Positions 1 through 9,124 of a stretch of 32,000 nt of DNA are shown piece by piece. This DNA comes from Paramicrosporidium saccamoebae KSL3 (lineage: Eukaryota > Fungi > Cryptomycota): NCBI GenBank assembly GCA_002794465.1, contig MTSL01000065.1, positions 181,069 through 213,068 on the forward strand, written 5' to 3'. Below the pieces are notes generated by a model, which worked only from the letters and a program-made list of their open reading frames with translations, ran no database searches and was not told the DNA's origin. A program made the position numbers and the translations under genes. The stretch's first letter is position 1. Each line of letters starts with the position of its first letter.

Positions 1-71
1 ACACCGCAGTGGGAAAAGCAATATATTTAATTATATTTGAAAGACTTGTAAAACGAACATAACTGATAGTT

Positions 72-806
72 ATGTCTGTGGATGACATGGACCAACGGCT
101 GTTGGATCTTCAAGAGGAATTTCAGGTTCTGCAAGAGAGCGCTAGTGAAGTAGAGCGCCAACAGGAGCTGAGGATAGCCGAACTTGAGAAATCCATACTG
201 AGGCTTCGACATGCAAACGATATTGTGACCATTGAAAAGCTCGAACTGCAGGTAGTGTTAGGGTCCTTGGTTGATTGCTATAGTCACGGCTAGTCGAGAA
301 AGAGGACGAGATTAGGTATTTACAAGTGGAACTCGAGTCAGTTCATCAAAAGGAGGCTGAGCTACAGAATCTGAGGGCAGAATTGGCTCGTCAGAAAGAT
401 AATGAGATGCAAGACGTACGAGCAGAGCTGGTCCATCAAACGGAAGACGAAATGCGGAATCTGAGGGCCGAACTGGCCCTTCAGAAAGAGAGTGAAATAC
501 AAAGTCTACGAGCGGAGATGGCCCATCAAAAGAGAGAGGAAGTGCAGAATTTGAGGTCGGAATTGGCTCGTCAGAAAGAGAATGAAATGCAAAATTTACG
601 AGCAGAGCTGGTCCATCAGAAGGAAGATGAAATAACGAGTCTACGAGCACAACTCGAGTTGGCTCGCCAGAAGAGTACCGCTGCTACCCAATCCGCTCGC
701 CTCTCTTCAGCGTCCTCAATCTCTTACATCCAACACACTCTCAATGTATACCGTTTATGTGCACTAACAGCTAGAAAATCTCGCATCTGGCGGTCTAGTC
801 GAATAG
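72..806 (+). CDS. Orphan coiled-coil protein (~225 aa) with 15-aa tandem repeats; exons 72-251, 284-745, 771-806
   Basis: ORFs 72..293 and 326..826 join in frame via intron 252-283 (GTAGTG...CTATAG, 32 nt), giving EKLELQ-SRLVEKEDEIRYLQVELES. A probable second intron 746-770 (GTATAC...CACTAACAG, 25 nt, CTAAC branch site) gives the end LENLASGGLVE*; if retained, the ORF ends at 826. The protein is E/Q/K/R/L-rich and helical, with no family recognised. Confidence 0.7.
359..673 (+). repeat. Coding tandem repeat: 7 x 45 nt (15 aa), organised as a 90-nt A-B dimer
   Basis: Units are ELQNLRAELARQKDN / EMQDVRAELVHQTED / EMRNLRAELALQKES / EIQSLRAEMAHQKRE / EVQNLRSELARQKEN / EMQNLRAELVHQKED / EITSLRAQLELARQK. 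At DNA level odd units share a GAATyTGAGG...TCAGAAAGA pattern and even units share TACGAGC.GAG.TGG.CCATCA.A. Confidence 0.95.
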
Positions 807-2086
807 CTCCTCTGACAATACTATAAGAACTTCAATAAATTTTTGCGACGTTGCCAGGAACTTGAGTTCTTCCTCCAAGGACTCGCAGCGCACCAGGTTG
901 GGCGTCCAGACTGCAGCTAGATTTCGAGGATGCATTTTGTTAAACTCGGCATGCTCAGAGGTAACTCGAAGGAGATCCATCAACAGGGCGAGTAGATCGC
1001 GGCGCTGGGTGGAGAGTTCGGAGAGAATGTTATTTTCAATATACGTTACTCGCTTCCGATTGTCAGAATATTCTACTAGTTAGAGAATGGCCACAGTCCT
1101 ACCAAAGACGCCCCCAAACAGCTCATACGTCTGCGGTGGGAGCAATGGGGTGGGGATCTGTCTAAAGTATGCTTTAAGCGCAGAAGCTAGTGCATGCGGC
1201 GAAAATTGCGTCAAATCAATGTCATAGTCTACAAAAATGAGTCCAGGCAGCCATGTACCTCGATCCATGGACATTCGAATCTGCTCAACCTGGACAGAAT
1301 CAGGAGATAGACGGAATATCCCCTCTTCATGTAGCCCAGTATCTTTCAAACATTGTACGACACGCTCGATTTGCGTAGGAACCTCACCCGTGGGGACGGC
1401 CTTTTCAATTTCCGCTCCAAATATCCGCACTGCCGGCAATACAGTGTCATTCTCACCATCTGGGATTAGGGGCAATCCACGATCGTATCTAGGGATACAT
1501 AAATGACGTACAGGCAGACTAACCCGGAAACGGCTGGGGGAACAAACACTTTTTCTATCGGAATCATTGACTCCAATTCCTCGAGCGAGTCTATGTTGTG
1601 GATCTTGGCGGCAAATTTGTCACTAAAAGCTACACAAACAGCGCCCCCTACCTAAAAATCCTGCTCATAATCCAAATGAGAATCCGAAACCATCTGGAGG
1701 GATGCGTAACATATAGTTTTTTGATATTTTTCTTGTACCTAAGAGTCAATAAACGGTAAATAAAGGCTGCTTTCGTTCGAGAGACTTGTAGGCCCTATGA
1801 ATCCATTTTAAAGGTGGCGCATGTTCCATGGGCTCGGTGAAAAAGATCACCACATACTCTGTCTCTGCGTATGGTTCAAGTCGATCTAGGCACTCGCTAT
1901 GGCTCTCAAAAGACTCCAGAGTGTTACTCTAGCAAAACATCATAGTCCGCGTGCGCAGGGTCGGGAAAATAGCAGCCGTAAGCGGCAATCATCGTCCGTC
2001 CCACGTGGTCTTTTCCTGACAATCAACAATGCGCTGTAGACATTACCAGACTCGACCACAATCTGTCGTGCCATAAACTTTTCCAT
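795..2086 (-). CDS. BCH (Sec14/CRAL-TRIO-like) + RhoGAP protein, ARHGAP1/p50RhoGAP-like (~358 aa); 8 exons
   Basis: Exons (minus strand) are 2086-2047, 2015-1928, 1896-1771, 1738-1652, 1622-1524, 1488-1259, 1228-1103 and 1075-795, summing to 1077 nt. The spliced N-terminus reads GKDHVGRTMIAAYGCYFP...WIHRAYKSLERKYKKNIKKLYVTHP (BCH signature). The GAP domain has EGIFRLSP with the arginine finger, ALASALKAYFRQIP and NKMHPRNLAAVWTPNL. Confidence 0.88.
1739..1770 (-). other. GC-AG spliceosomal intron (32 nt) in the BCH-RhoGAP gene
   Basis: AA|GCAGCC...ATTGACTCTTAG|G restores the conserved ERKYKKNIK. The only internal GT does not restore the frame. Confidence 0.7.
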
Positions 2087-2174
2087 GTTAGCCGCGAGGT
2101 GTTCTAGGATTGGCCAATCGTTTGTACAAATGACCGATTCAATGTAAACAGACTGTGACGTAGAAGACTGATTG

Positions 2175-2218
2175 GCTGGGTATTTGTGTGCTAAAGTGAA
2201 TCGCTTTGCTGGGTATTT
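2175..2218. promoter_or_regulatory. Direct repeat GCTGGGTATTT x2, 33-bp spacing, upstream of the RhoGAP start
   Basis: Identical 11-mers at 2175-2185 and 2208-2218 in the divergent RhoGAP/cofilin intergenic region. A regulatory role is inferred only. Confidence 0.35.
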
Positions 2219-2340
2219 AAGGACTATTACTATGCCACTTGGGTGACTATAAAAGGGCTATTGTATTAAAAATGAACGGGTTCTCTTCCCGCTTGACAAA
2301 GTCTGTGGTATTATCCTCACTATGCGACAAGACGATTCCG

Positions 2341-2540
2341 AGACTCAAGGGTTGTGTAAACAGTAAGTTCAAAGATCCAAAAATCTGGTGTAGACGGCAA
2401 ATCCAAAAGTTTGGAATCTGATCTAAACAATAAATTCAAAGATTCAAGGGTCTGGTGCAAACAATAAACCCAAATGTTCAAGAATTTGGTGTAAACAGTA
2501 ACCCAAACGCCCAGAGATTCAAAGAGTTAGTGCACACAAC
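2341..2540. repeat. Degenerate minisatellite, about 6 units of 32-34 bp
   Basis: Units start at 2341, 2373, 2407, 2440, 2474 and ~2515. The approximate consensus is AGATTCAAGrrTyTGGTGyAAACArTAAAyyCAA. The array is intergenic, and mixed unit lengths break the reading frames. Confidence 0.85.
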
Positions 2541-2796
2541 TGGAGAGTCGGGGACTTTGACGTGAAACTTTGCATATTGCATATAAAAAGTCAATCCTTT
2601 ATCTTTTATTGAGCATCGTACACATCCTACCTACTGAATGGCTCATTGGCGGTCTTCTGATCCATTGTTACTATTAATAGGAATTATGACCATGAGACAT
2701 AAAGGTCTGCGGTCAGCCACAAGCCAGCAGCCGCAACTGCAGCGCCAGGGTGAAGACCGACTCTCTCCTCTTAAATCACACTAACAATATTTGACC

Positions 2797-3244
2797 ATGT
2801 CCTCCGGAATAGCCGTCGACGACGAATGTCTCACCGTCTTCCAAGACCTGAAGCTTCGCAAAAAGTACCGGTACATTACCTACCGTCTCAGCGACGATAA
2901 CCGCGCCATCATCGTGGAAAAGTCGGCCACAGAGGGCAAGTATGACGACTTTGCTGCAGAGCTGCCCGAGAATGACTGTCGCTATGCCATCTTTGACTTT
3001 GAATACGAAAAGTCGCCCAATGAAGGAAAGCGAAGCAAGATTTGCTTTATTGTCTGGTAATACCACTCATCCGTGTTCATATAGTAGGGCTCCGGATACG
3101 GCCAAAGTGAAGCAGAAAATGTTATACGCCTCCAGCAAGGACTCTATCCGCAAGAAGCTGGTCGGTGTGGGAGTGGAAGTGCAGGCAACAGACGCGTCCG
3201 AGATTTCATTTGACGCCGTGCTGGAAAAGGTAACGTCAATCTAG
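2797..3244 (+). CDS. COF1: Cofilin / actin-depolymerising factor; exons 2797-3056, 3088-3244
   Basis: MSSGIAVDDEC...DCRYAIFDFEY...[35 protein letters not shown] is the ADF-H signature. It is joined by the 31-nt intron 3057-3087 (GTAATA...ATAGTAG). Confidence 0.97.
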
Positions 3245-3279
3245 GCCATTAAAACTACCGGCGAAGCAGGTAGCAATAA

Positions 3280-6210
3280 ATGTTAATCCTCAGAGCCCTC
3301 AATAGGAGATTGAAACGGACGACCCGGGGTGGTGCAATTATGCAACTCGGAGGGTGTCGGCCGTTTCTCATGGCTGCATGTCGTGTTCGGCCGGTGCCCC
3401 TGGTGTATCAGCACCGATATTGGTCATCGGAGAGGATACCGCTGAAGCCGGATACGGCACCAGAGCCAAGGACCGCTCTTCACACTCCAGAAAAGGTAGC
3501 ATGCTCTCTGGCGCTCACATTGAAGGACTATAGTCGCGACCAGGAATTGCTGAGGATCATTAAGGAGTGCATCGACAATAGAGATGTTGCGAAAATGGAG
3601 AATATGCTGGAGCTGTTCCGCAAGGAAAATCCCAACCGACATAATCCCCTGATATATCGTGCGGCCTTGAAGTGCTATATGAGCGCGTCAAGACCGCAGG
3701 CAGCCTTTTTGTTCTTCCGTTCCATGGTCACACAGGGATATAAGCCTTTGGTGGAGGACCTGGAAACGCTCATGTACAATTTGCTTCGTCATTCTGACGA
3801 ATCCAATGCGGCAATGCTCTTTCAATCCTTTGCCGAGTACGGGTTACTCCGGCGTTCCGCCACATACAACATGTGGATTGGCCATTATCTGCGCGAAGAC
3901 CAGCCGGAAAAGGCTCGTGCCATGTTCCGTCAGATGGAGAGCACCAGGATTCGTCCCAATCAGTCTACTTATCTGGAATTTATAACATATTTTATCCAGA
4001 GGGCGGACTATCGAGCCGCGGAAAAAATCCGCGAGTTTATGAAGACTCGCAAAGTGCAGATCGACATTCGCTTTTACAATGGACTGATCGACTGCATGAG
4101 TAGGAAGATGGCAATGAACGAGGTGGAAAGTCTTTTGCAGGAAATGAAGGCTGCCAATATTCGTCCCGACTTGAATACGTACAACACGCTGATCCGGACT
4201 TTTGCCAATGTGAATAACCATGAAAAAATCAACATGCTCCTCGACGAAATGAGACGGAACAACATTACCCCTACAACTCAGACTTTTAATCGGATGCTAA
4301 TGTCCATGTCTCACGCGATTACTCCCGATCAGACCAAGGAAATTCTGCAACAGATGAGCAAGATGGGCTTAACATTCAATGGGTACACTTATGCGGCACT
4401 CATTATGAATCTTTTGAAGCAGGAGAGATACAAGGAGGCCGTGGAGATGATCTACGAACTGGACAACAAAGGACTTTTGTTGGCTGTAGAGACGTATGGA
4501 AATCTCTTAAAAACCTGCTGTGACAAACGAATCGATCCTGCCGTCAAAATTCTTTGGCAGCAGATGCAGAAGCAGCAGGTCCCTCCTAATAGTTACATTT
4601 TTGGCATTCTGATGAAGTACTACTTGATGCGGCGGAATTATCCCCGGGTTGATAGTTTGTTGCTGGAGATGCGACGGAAATGGGGTCTAAAGCCAAATCC
4701 ATTCATTTTTGCCTCCCTGATGAACCATTATGTTGAGAATCTTGATTTTCCCAGAATTCGGGTACTCTTGGATATGATTAAAGACGCTGGAGTTGAGATC
4801 AATTCGGTCATGTACAATGTCGTGATGAAATCATTTTACTCCTACAGCCGGTATGCACAGGGAGGGCACATTGCAAGGCTTAAAGGGCTTACAGTGACCC
4901 CAGAGGCATGTGATGGTACCAGAAATATAGATCCCAAATGCAGTGATCCCGTCGTGTCATTTAACAGCTCTGAAGATTCAGAGCCCATGGATGTGTCCAA
5001 ATTGAAGAGTCAATTTGAGACAATGTTTGGATTGCCTTTTAGGCCAACAGTGCATGTATATAACGAAATGATGCTGTCGTTCTTTATTCGAGAACGCTTC
5101 AAGGACATGTTTGAGTGTTTAAAGGAGATGAGGAGAAGTGATGTAGTTCCAAACAGGACCACATATACGTTCATGGTCAAGGCTCGCGTTTTTGAGGGCG
5201 ACACTGCATCGGCTCACATTCTGTTGCAGGAAATGAACCGACTTGGCTTCACACCGACTCTACTCCACTGTGCCTTGATCTTTCACTCTTTCTGCCGACA
5301 ACTGTTAACGTCTGAAGCAGAGGATTTTCTAGTCGAGATGAGCAACGTCTACCATATACGGCCTAATCATGTGTTTTATGGGTCCCTGATTTACGCTTAC
5401 ACCCGGAGGAGGGAATATTCCAAGGTCTTTGAATCATTTGAGAGGATGGAGAAGGCTGGCTTTGTGCCTGATACCGAGACGTGCAACTATGTCTTGATAT
5501 CACTATTGGAGATTAATGAGTACAAAGAAGCCCGCAAGTTTTTTGAAAAGATGCTCCTTCAAGGCATTCGGAGGAACAATCACACGTACACCTATCTGGC
5601 CAACGGATTTTTGGCACGGAGAGATGACCAGTCACTCATGGCCATTTTGGCCGACTGCACTGCGCCTGGAAACTCGATAGATGCTTTCCCCTTCAACCAG
5701 ATAATGTCGTACTACTACAGTCAAGATAACATTGACAGTGTTTCCAAAGTTCTCAGCACCATGGCCGAATATTGTGTGCAGTTTAGTAGAGAGAGCATTC
5801 CATTTGTACAGCATGTTTTTATGAGGTACTACAAGGAACCCGAAAGGATTCCCGATCTCGTAAAATTTGTTAAAAAGGCACTCGTTGACGTGACTGTGGA
5901 TGTTTCAGGAATTCTCCCAAAGTTGCAGGTTGATTTGCGGAATATTCTTGAGGACATGGAGCTTAAGGAGGTTCTGGGACAATATAACCAATTTCTCAAC
6001 GACCTTGAAGAGTTGCAAATGTTATGGACGCGACTTAATCCCGATGTAATCAAACGGTTTAATGATCAGTTTGAGACCCCACCGGAAGAAATCTACCACT
6101 CCATCCCACCGGATAGGATACAAGAAGTGCGACAAAGAGTCAGTGAACTGGCTGCCAATGTCAAGTGTTCTGCGCGGGACATGTTTGGCCTAATCGGGAG
6201 AGAAATATAG
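3280..6210 (+). CDS. Large P-class pentatricopeptide repeat (PPR) protein, probably a mitochondrial RNA-binding factor; single ORF of 976 aa (start may be M at 3340)
   Basis: About 18-19 35-aa motifs, e.g. TYNTLIRTFANVNNHEKINMLLDEMRRNNITPTTQ and FYGSLIYAYTRRREYSKVFESFERMEKAGFVPDTE. The Arg-rich, acid-poor N-terminus resembles a mitochondrial presequence (inference). Confidence 0.93.
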   Translation: MLILRALNRRLKRTTRGGAIMQLGGCRPFLMAACRVRPVPLVYQHRYWSSERIPLKPDTAPEPRTALHTPEKVACSLALTLKDYSRDQELLRIIKECIDNRDVAKMENMLELFRKENPNRHNPLIYRAALKCYMSASRPQAAFLFFRSMVTQGYKPLVEDLETLMYNLLRHSDESNAAMLFQSFAEYGLLRRSATYNMWIGHYLREDQPEKARAMFRQMESTRIRPNQSTYLEFITYFIQRADYRAAEKIREFMKTRKVQIDIRFYNGLIDCMSRKMAMNEVESLLQEMKAANIRPDLNTYNTLIRTFANVNNHEKINMLLDEMRRNNITPTTQTFNRMLMSMSHAITPDQTKEILQQMSKMGLTFNGYTYAALIMNLLKQERYKEAVEMIYELDNKGLLLAVETYGNLLKTCCDKRIDPAVKILWQQMQKQQVPPNSYIFGILMKYYLMRRNYPRVDSLLLEMRRKWGLKPNPFIFASLMNHYVENLDFPRIRVLLDMIKDAGVEINSVMYNVVMKSFYSYSRYAQGGHIARLKGLTVTPEACDGTRNIDPKCSDPVVSFNSSEDSEPMDVSKLKSQFETMFGLPFRPTVHVYNEMMLSFFIRERFKDMFECLKEMRRSDVVPNRTTYTFMVKARVFEGDTASAHILLQEMNRLGFTPTLLHCALIFHSFCRQLLTSEAEDFLVEMSNVYHIRPNHVFYGSLIYAYTRRREYSKVFESFERMEKAGFVPDTETCNYVLISLLEINEYKEARKFFEKMLLQGIRRNNHTYTYLANGFLARRDDQSLMAILADCTAPGNSIDAFPFNQIMSYYYSQDNIDSVSKVLSTMAEYCVQFSRESIPFVQHVFMRYYKEPERIPDLVKFVKKALVDVTVDVSGILPKLQVDLRNILEDMELKEVLGQYNQFLNDLEELQMLWTRLNPDVIKRFNDQFETPPEEIYHSIPPDRIQEVRQRVSELAANVKCSARDMFGLIGREI

Positions 6211-6261
6211 ATACGAATAAATACATTTGTTTTTGCTTGTTGAATTTCAAGGTAAACAGAG

Positions 6262-8959
6262 ATGCCCGTGGCACCCGAAATCACCGTGGGGGAGAACCAC
6301 GACCAGATAGATTCAGATTTGCAGAGTAGACTAAAAGATGAGCTGACCAAGAAGCTTACCGGAATGCAAGACCAACTTGTGGCCATCACAAAGATTGAAG
6401 AGTTTGAAAGTCGGAGTAGTATTTCCGAATCTCTCGCCAAAGAGCTGACCAGACAGATTTCGTTTGTAAAGGACGAAATCCAATTTCTGGAGGGAAATGG
6501 TGAGAGAGAGGAAGATAGAGGCCCACTTTTGCGTAGGCATTGCGATTTTGCTTATCCCTAGGCCACTGGGTTGTAGACGAAAAACTTGTCTTTGAAAGGG
6601 CACAGTTCAGAGTAAGACAGCTCCGAGATCGGCTTCGCACGGAACAGCGCCTCTCTCATGCGCTTCTCAGCACCAGTCCTATAGAACCCTCCTCTGATGA
6701 TCGATTGCGTGATACCCAAAAATGGAAATCCACCGAACGAAATTGGCAAATATTGATGGCACAGTCAAAGGAAGAGCTGATTGAAATGGGATTAAAGAAT
6801 TACCGATACTGTGTGCCAGAAGAGCTGGTTACAGAGGGAAGCTATGCAAACAGCCCGGTGACGGGTAAGCTACGGCTACAGGTATTGAGTGTTGACACGC
6901 CGGACGAGAAGACTGAGAGTTTGATGATGCAGGCAATAATTGACAGTGTTGCCAGTGAACCGAGAAAATTCAAGAGAAAGGTGCCGTGTGATTTAGGCAT
7001 TTCTGGGATCGAATTGGACTGCAATCAGGCCCAGACCTTTGAACTTTTGGTTTTCGACAAGAGCGCCAAGCTGCTTGGGTTCGTATTCTTTAAACTGTCC
7101 TGGCTGGAACAGTTTCTAGACCATAAAGGATTCTCGCGCACCTTTCACGAGCGACTGGAACTGGTTCCAAAGGGATCTATTGAGCTGTCAATACGGCTAA
7201 TGCCAGTCTCACCCAATACGCTCGAGACGCCGGGAATTATGCGACAACAAGTAATCAAACGCAAGGTCGTCAAGCGAATGGGACACAGGTTTATTAACCA
7301 AGGACAGGGGGCTTTGCTGCTTCGATGTTCACATTGCACTGATCTGATCTACACGAGCAGCAGTTCGTTCTGCCAAAGTATACCATTGGCAAGCCTGATT
7401 TGTAGAATGTCGATTTACTTGCCACAAAGACTGTGCCAAGGCGGCATATGTACGCTGCATTGCTGATCCAAACTTTCAAGAATGGGAAGAGGTGACAACA
7501 GCGTTGCGGGAGGCAGGTCGGGAACATTCTCTAGTAAATGTGTCGGTAAAGACTCCCTGTTTCTGTGCCCATTGCGGACACTTGATTCCAATAATGGCAC
7601 ACATAGACGAGTGCTATGAATGTTCGGGTATCAATGGCAGTGAAGCTCATTATAGACTGTGGAATTTATTTGCACTCTCAATGTGAAACCTATGCTCCTG
7701 CCCTATGCGGAGTGTCCATGGAAGAGGCGCTCAAGATTTGCAGTCGTTTTGAAAAGACAACGACAGAGCCGCTTGCTGCCAAGGCCATTTCAACGTCGGG
7801 GATGGAATGGCCCGTATTCCATGAGGACCAATTTGAGTATTTGTCGGTGATCGGGAAAGGAAACTTTGGAAAGGCACATTTGCGGGTGGACTGACTATGT
7901 AGGTCATGCTGGCGAGATATAAGGAGGACGGAAAGTACTATGCCCTCAAGATTCTCAAAAAGGCCTCGATTATTGAGAATGACGAAAGGGACAGCATTGT
8001 GGCAGAAAAGAATGTCTTTTCTCTCGTCAGTGAAGAGAACCATCCCTTCCTGGTATCATGCCATGGAATCTACCAGAATGAAGTGCTCCATAGTCTCCAT
8101 CCTAATGCATGTAGACTCGCCTGTTCTTTGTAATGGAGTTTATTGGTGGAGGAGACATGATGTTCCACATTCAGCACCGTAAATTCACCGAGGAGCAGGC
8201 TCGGTTCTTTTCGGCCGAAATTCTCCTTGCCCTTGAATTTCTCCATCGTCGGAACATTGTTTATCGCGATCTCAAGCTCGATAACATTCTGATCACTCTC
8301 GATGGCCACGTCAAGCTGGCTGATTATGGACTTTGCAAACCCGGCATGCGAGTTCACGATGTGACGAGCACGTTTTGTGGAACGCCCGAATTTATGGCCC
8401 CAGAGATCCTCCAAGAGAAGGCGTATACGAGGAGTGTGGACTGGTGGGCATTTGGTGTGATGCTTTTCGAGTTGCTGTATAGACAGGCGCCTTTTCTGGG
8501 GAGGACTGAAATTGAAATATACCGATCGATTAATGCGGGAAGGCTGGTATTTCCATCCACTGCATCTCTGGAATCCAAAGACTTGATCCTTAGAGTATGG
8601 CTCTATGGATTGTTTGATGGTGTAGTTGTTACAGAGAGATCCAGAGAAGCGACTGGGGGCCGATGACAGGGACGCCGATGCAATCAAACGACATCCCTTT
8701 TTCTCCAAAATTGATTTTGTTAGATTAGCAACCAAGCGAATTCCATCACCCTTTAAACCGTCCATCGTAAGGACTTGTCCATGTAATAACAGTGTAGTAT
8801 TCGTCCACAGATGTCTCCAATTTCGACAGAGAATTTACAAGCCAGGCTGCGTTGTTGACCCCGATGCCTTCGTTGATGGCTCCAGAGGGAGCTGCCAAGT
8901 TTTTTAATCAGCTGGTAGGTTGTCACGACGAAAATGGCACAATTTCATGTGGTGAATAA
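6262..8959 (+). CDS. PKC1: Fungal-type protein kinase C (HR1-HR1-C2-C1a-C1b-kinase), ~829 aa; 8 exons
   Basis: Exons are 6262-6532, 6562-7377, 7406-7627, 7656-7873, 7903-8082, 8115-8594, 8626-8766 and 8798-8959 (2490 nt). Motifs include the C1 domains HRF...C..C...[10 protein letters not shown] and HSL...C.HC...C.DC...[29 protein letters not shown]...[14 protein letters not shown], and [10 protein letters not shown]...LTP. Confidence 0.93.
7874..7902 (+). other. GC-AG spliceosomal intron (29 nt) in the PKC glycine-rich loop
   Basis: AAG|GCACAT...CTGACTATGTAG|GTC restores GKGNFGK-VML. The only GT alternative is a 17-nt intron that inserts AHLR into the loop. Confidence 0.8.
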
Positions 8960-9124
8960 ATGAGCAAACAGCGAGGTTTGCGTACTAAAGACAAGGATCC
9001 TTGCTTTGTTAAAGTACTCTCTAGTAGTAGGAATTTCTGGGCATTGACCCTGTTGATGAGCCAACTACTCTTATAAAAGTTATACGGCTCCCTTATAGGC
9101 AGCCATTTATACTATAACCAAACT

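Noticed and set aside
312-650. 112-aa minus-strand ORF with repeats (FHLPSDGPALLV...)
   Set aside because: It is the antisense shadow of the 45-nt coding repeat; the plus frame splices into a coherent protein.
2341-2540. CRISPR interpretation of the 33-36-bp arrays (also 23823-24021)
   Set aside because: The units are contiguous and degenerate with no unique spacers, there are no cas genes, and the context is eukaryotic.
2650-2784. 8-bp inverted repeat CGGTCTTC/GAAGACCG and a 32-codon ORF (2686-2784) upstream of cofilin
   Set aside because: There are no C/D or H/ACA boxes inside the stem, the peptide has no recognisable features, and both are compatible with chance.
3230-3244. Possible extra cofilin intron GTAACG...CTAG
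   Set aside because: At 15 nt it is far below the 25-35 nt range, and the unspliced end LEKVTSI* is a normal cofilin C-terminus.
8070-8765. 231-aa minus-strand ORF, and other long antisense ORFs within ASCC3, DHTKD1 and BRAP2
   Set aside because: They lie opposite conserved coding exons, show no homology signal and are expected shadow ORFs at this GC content.
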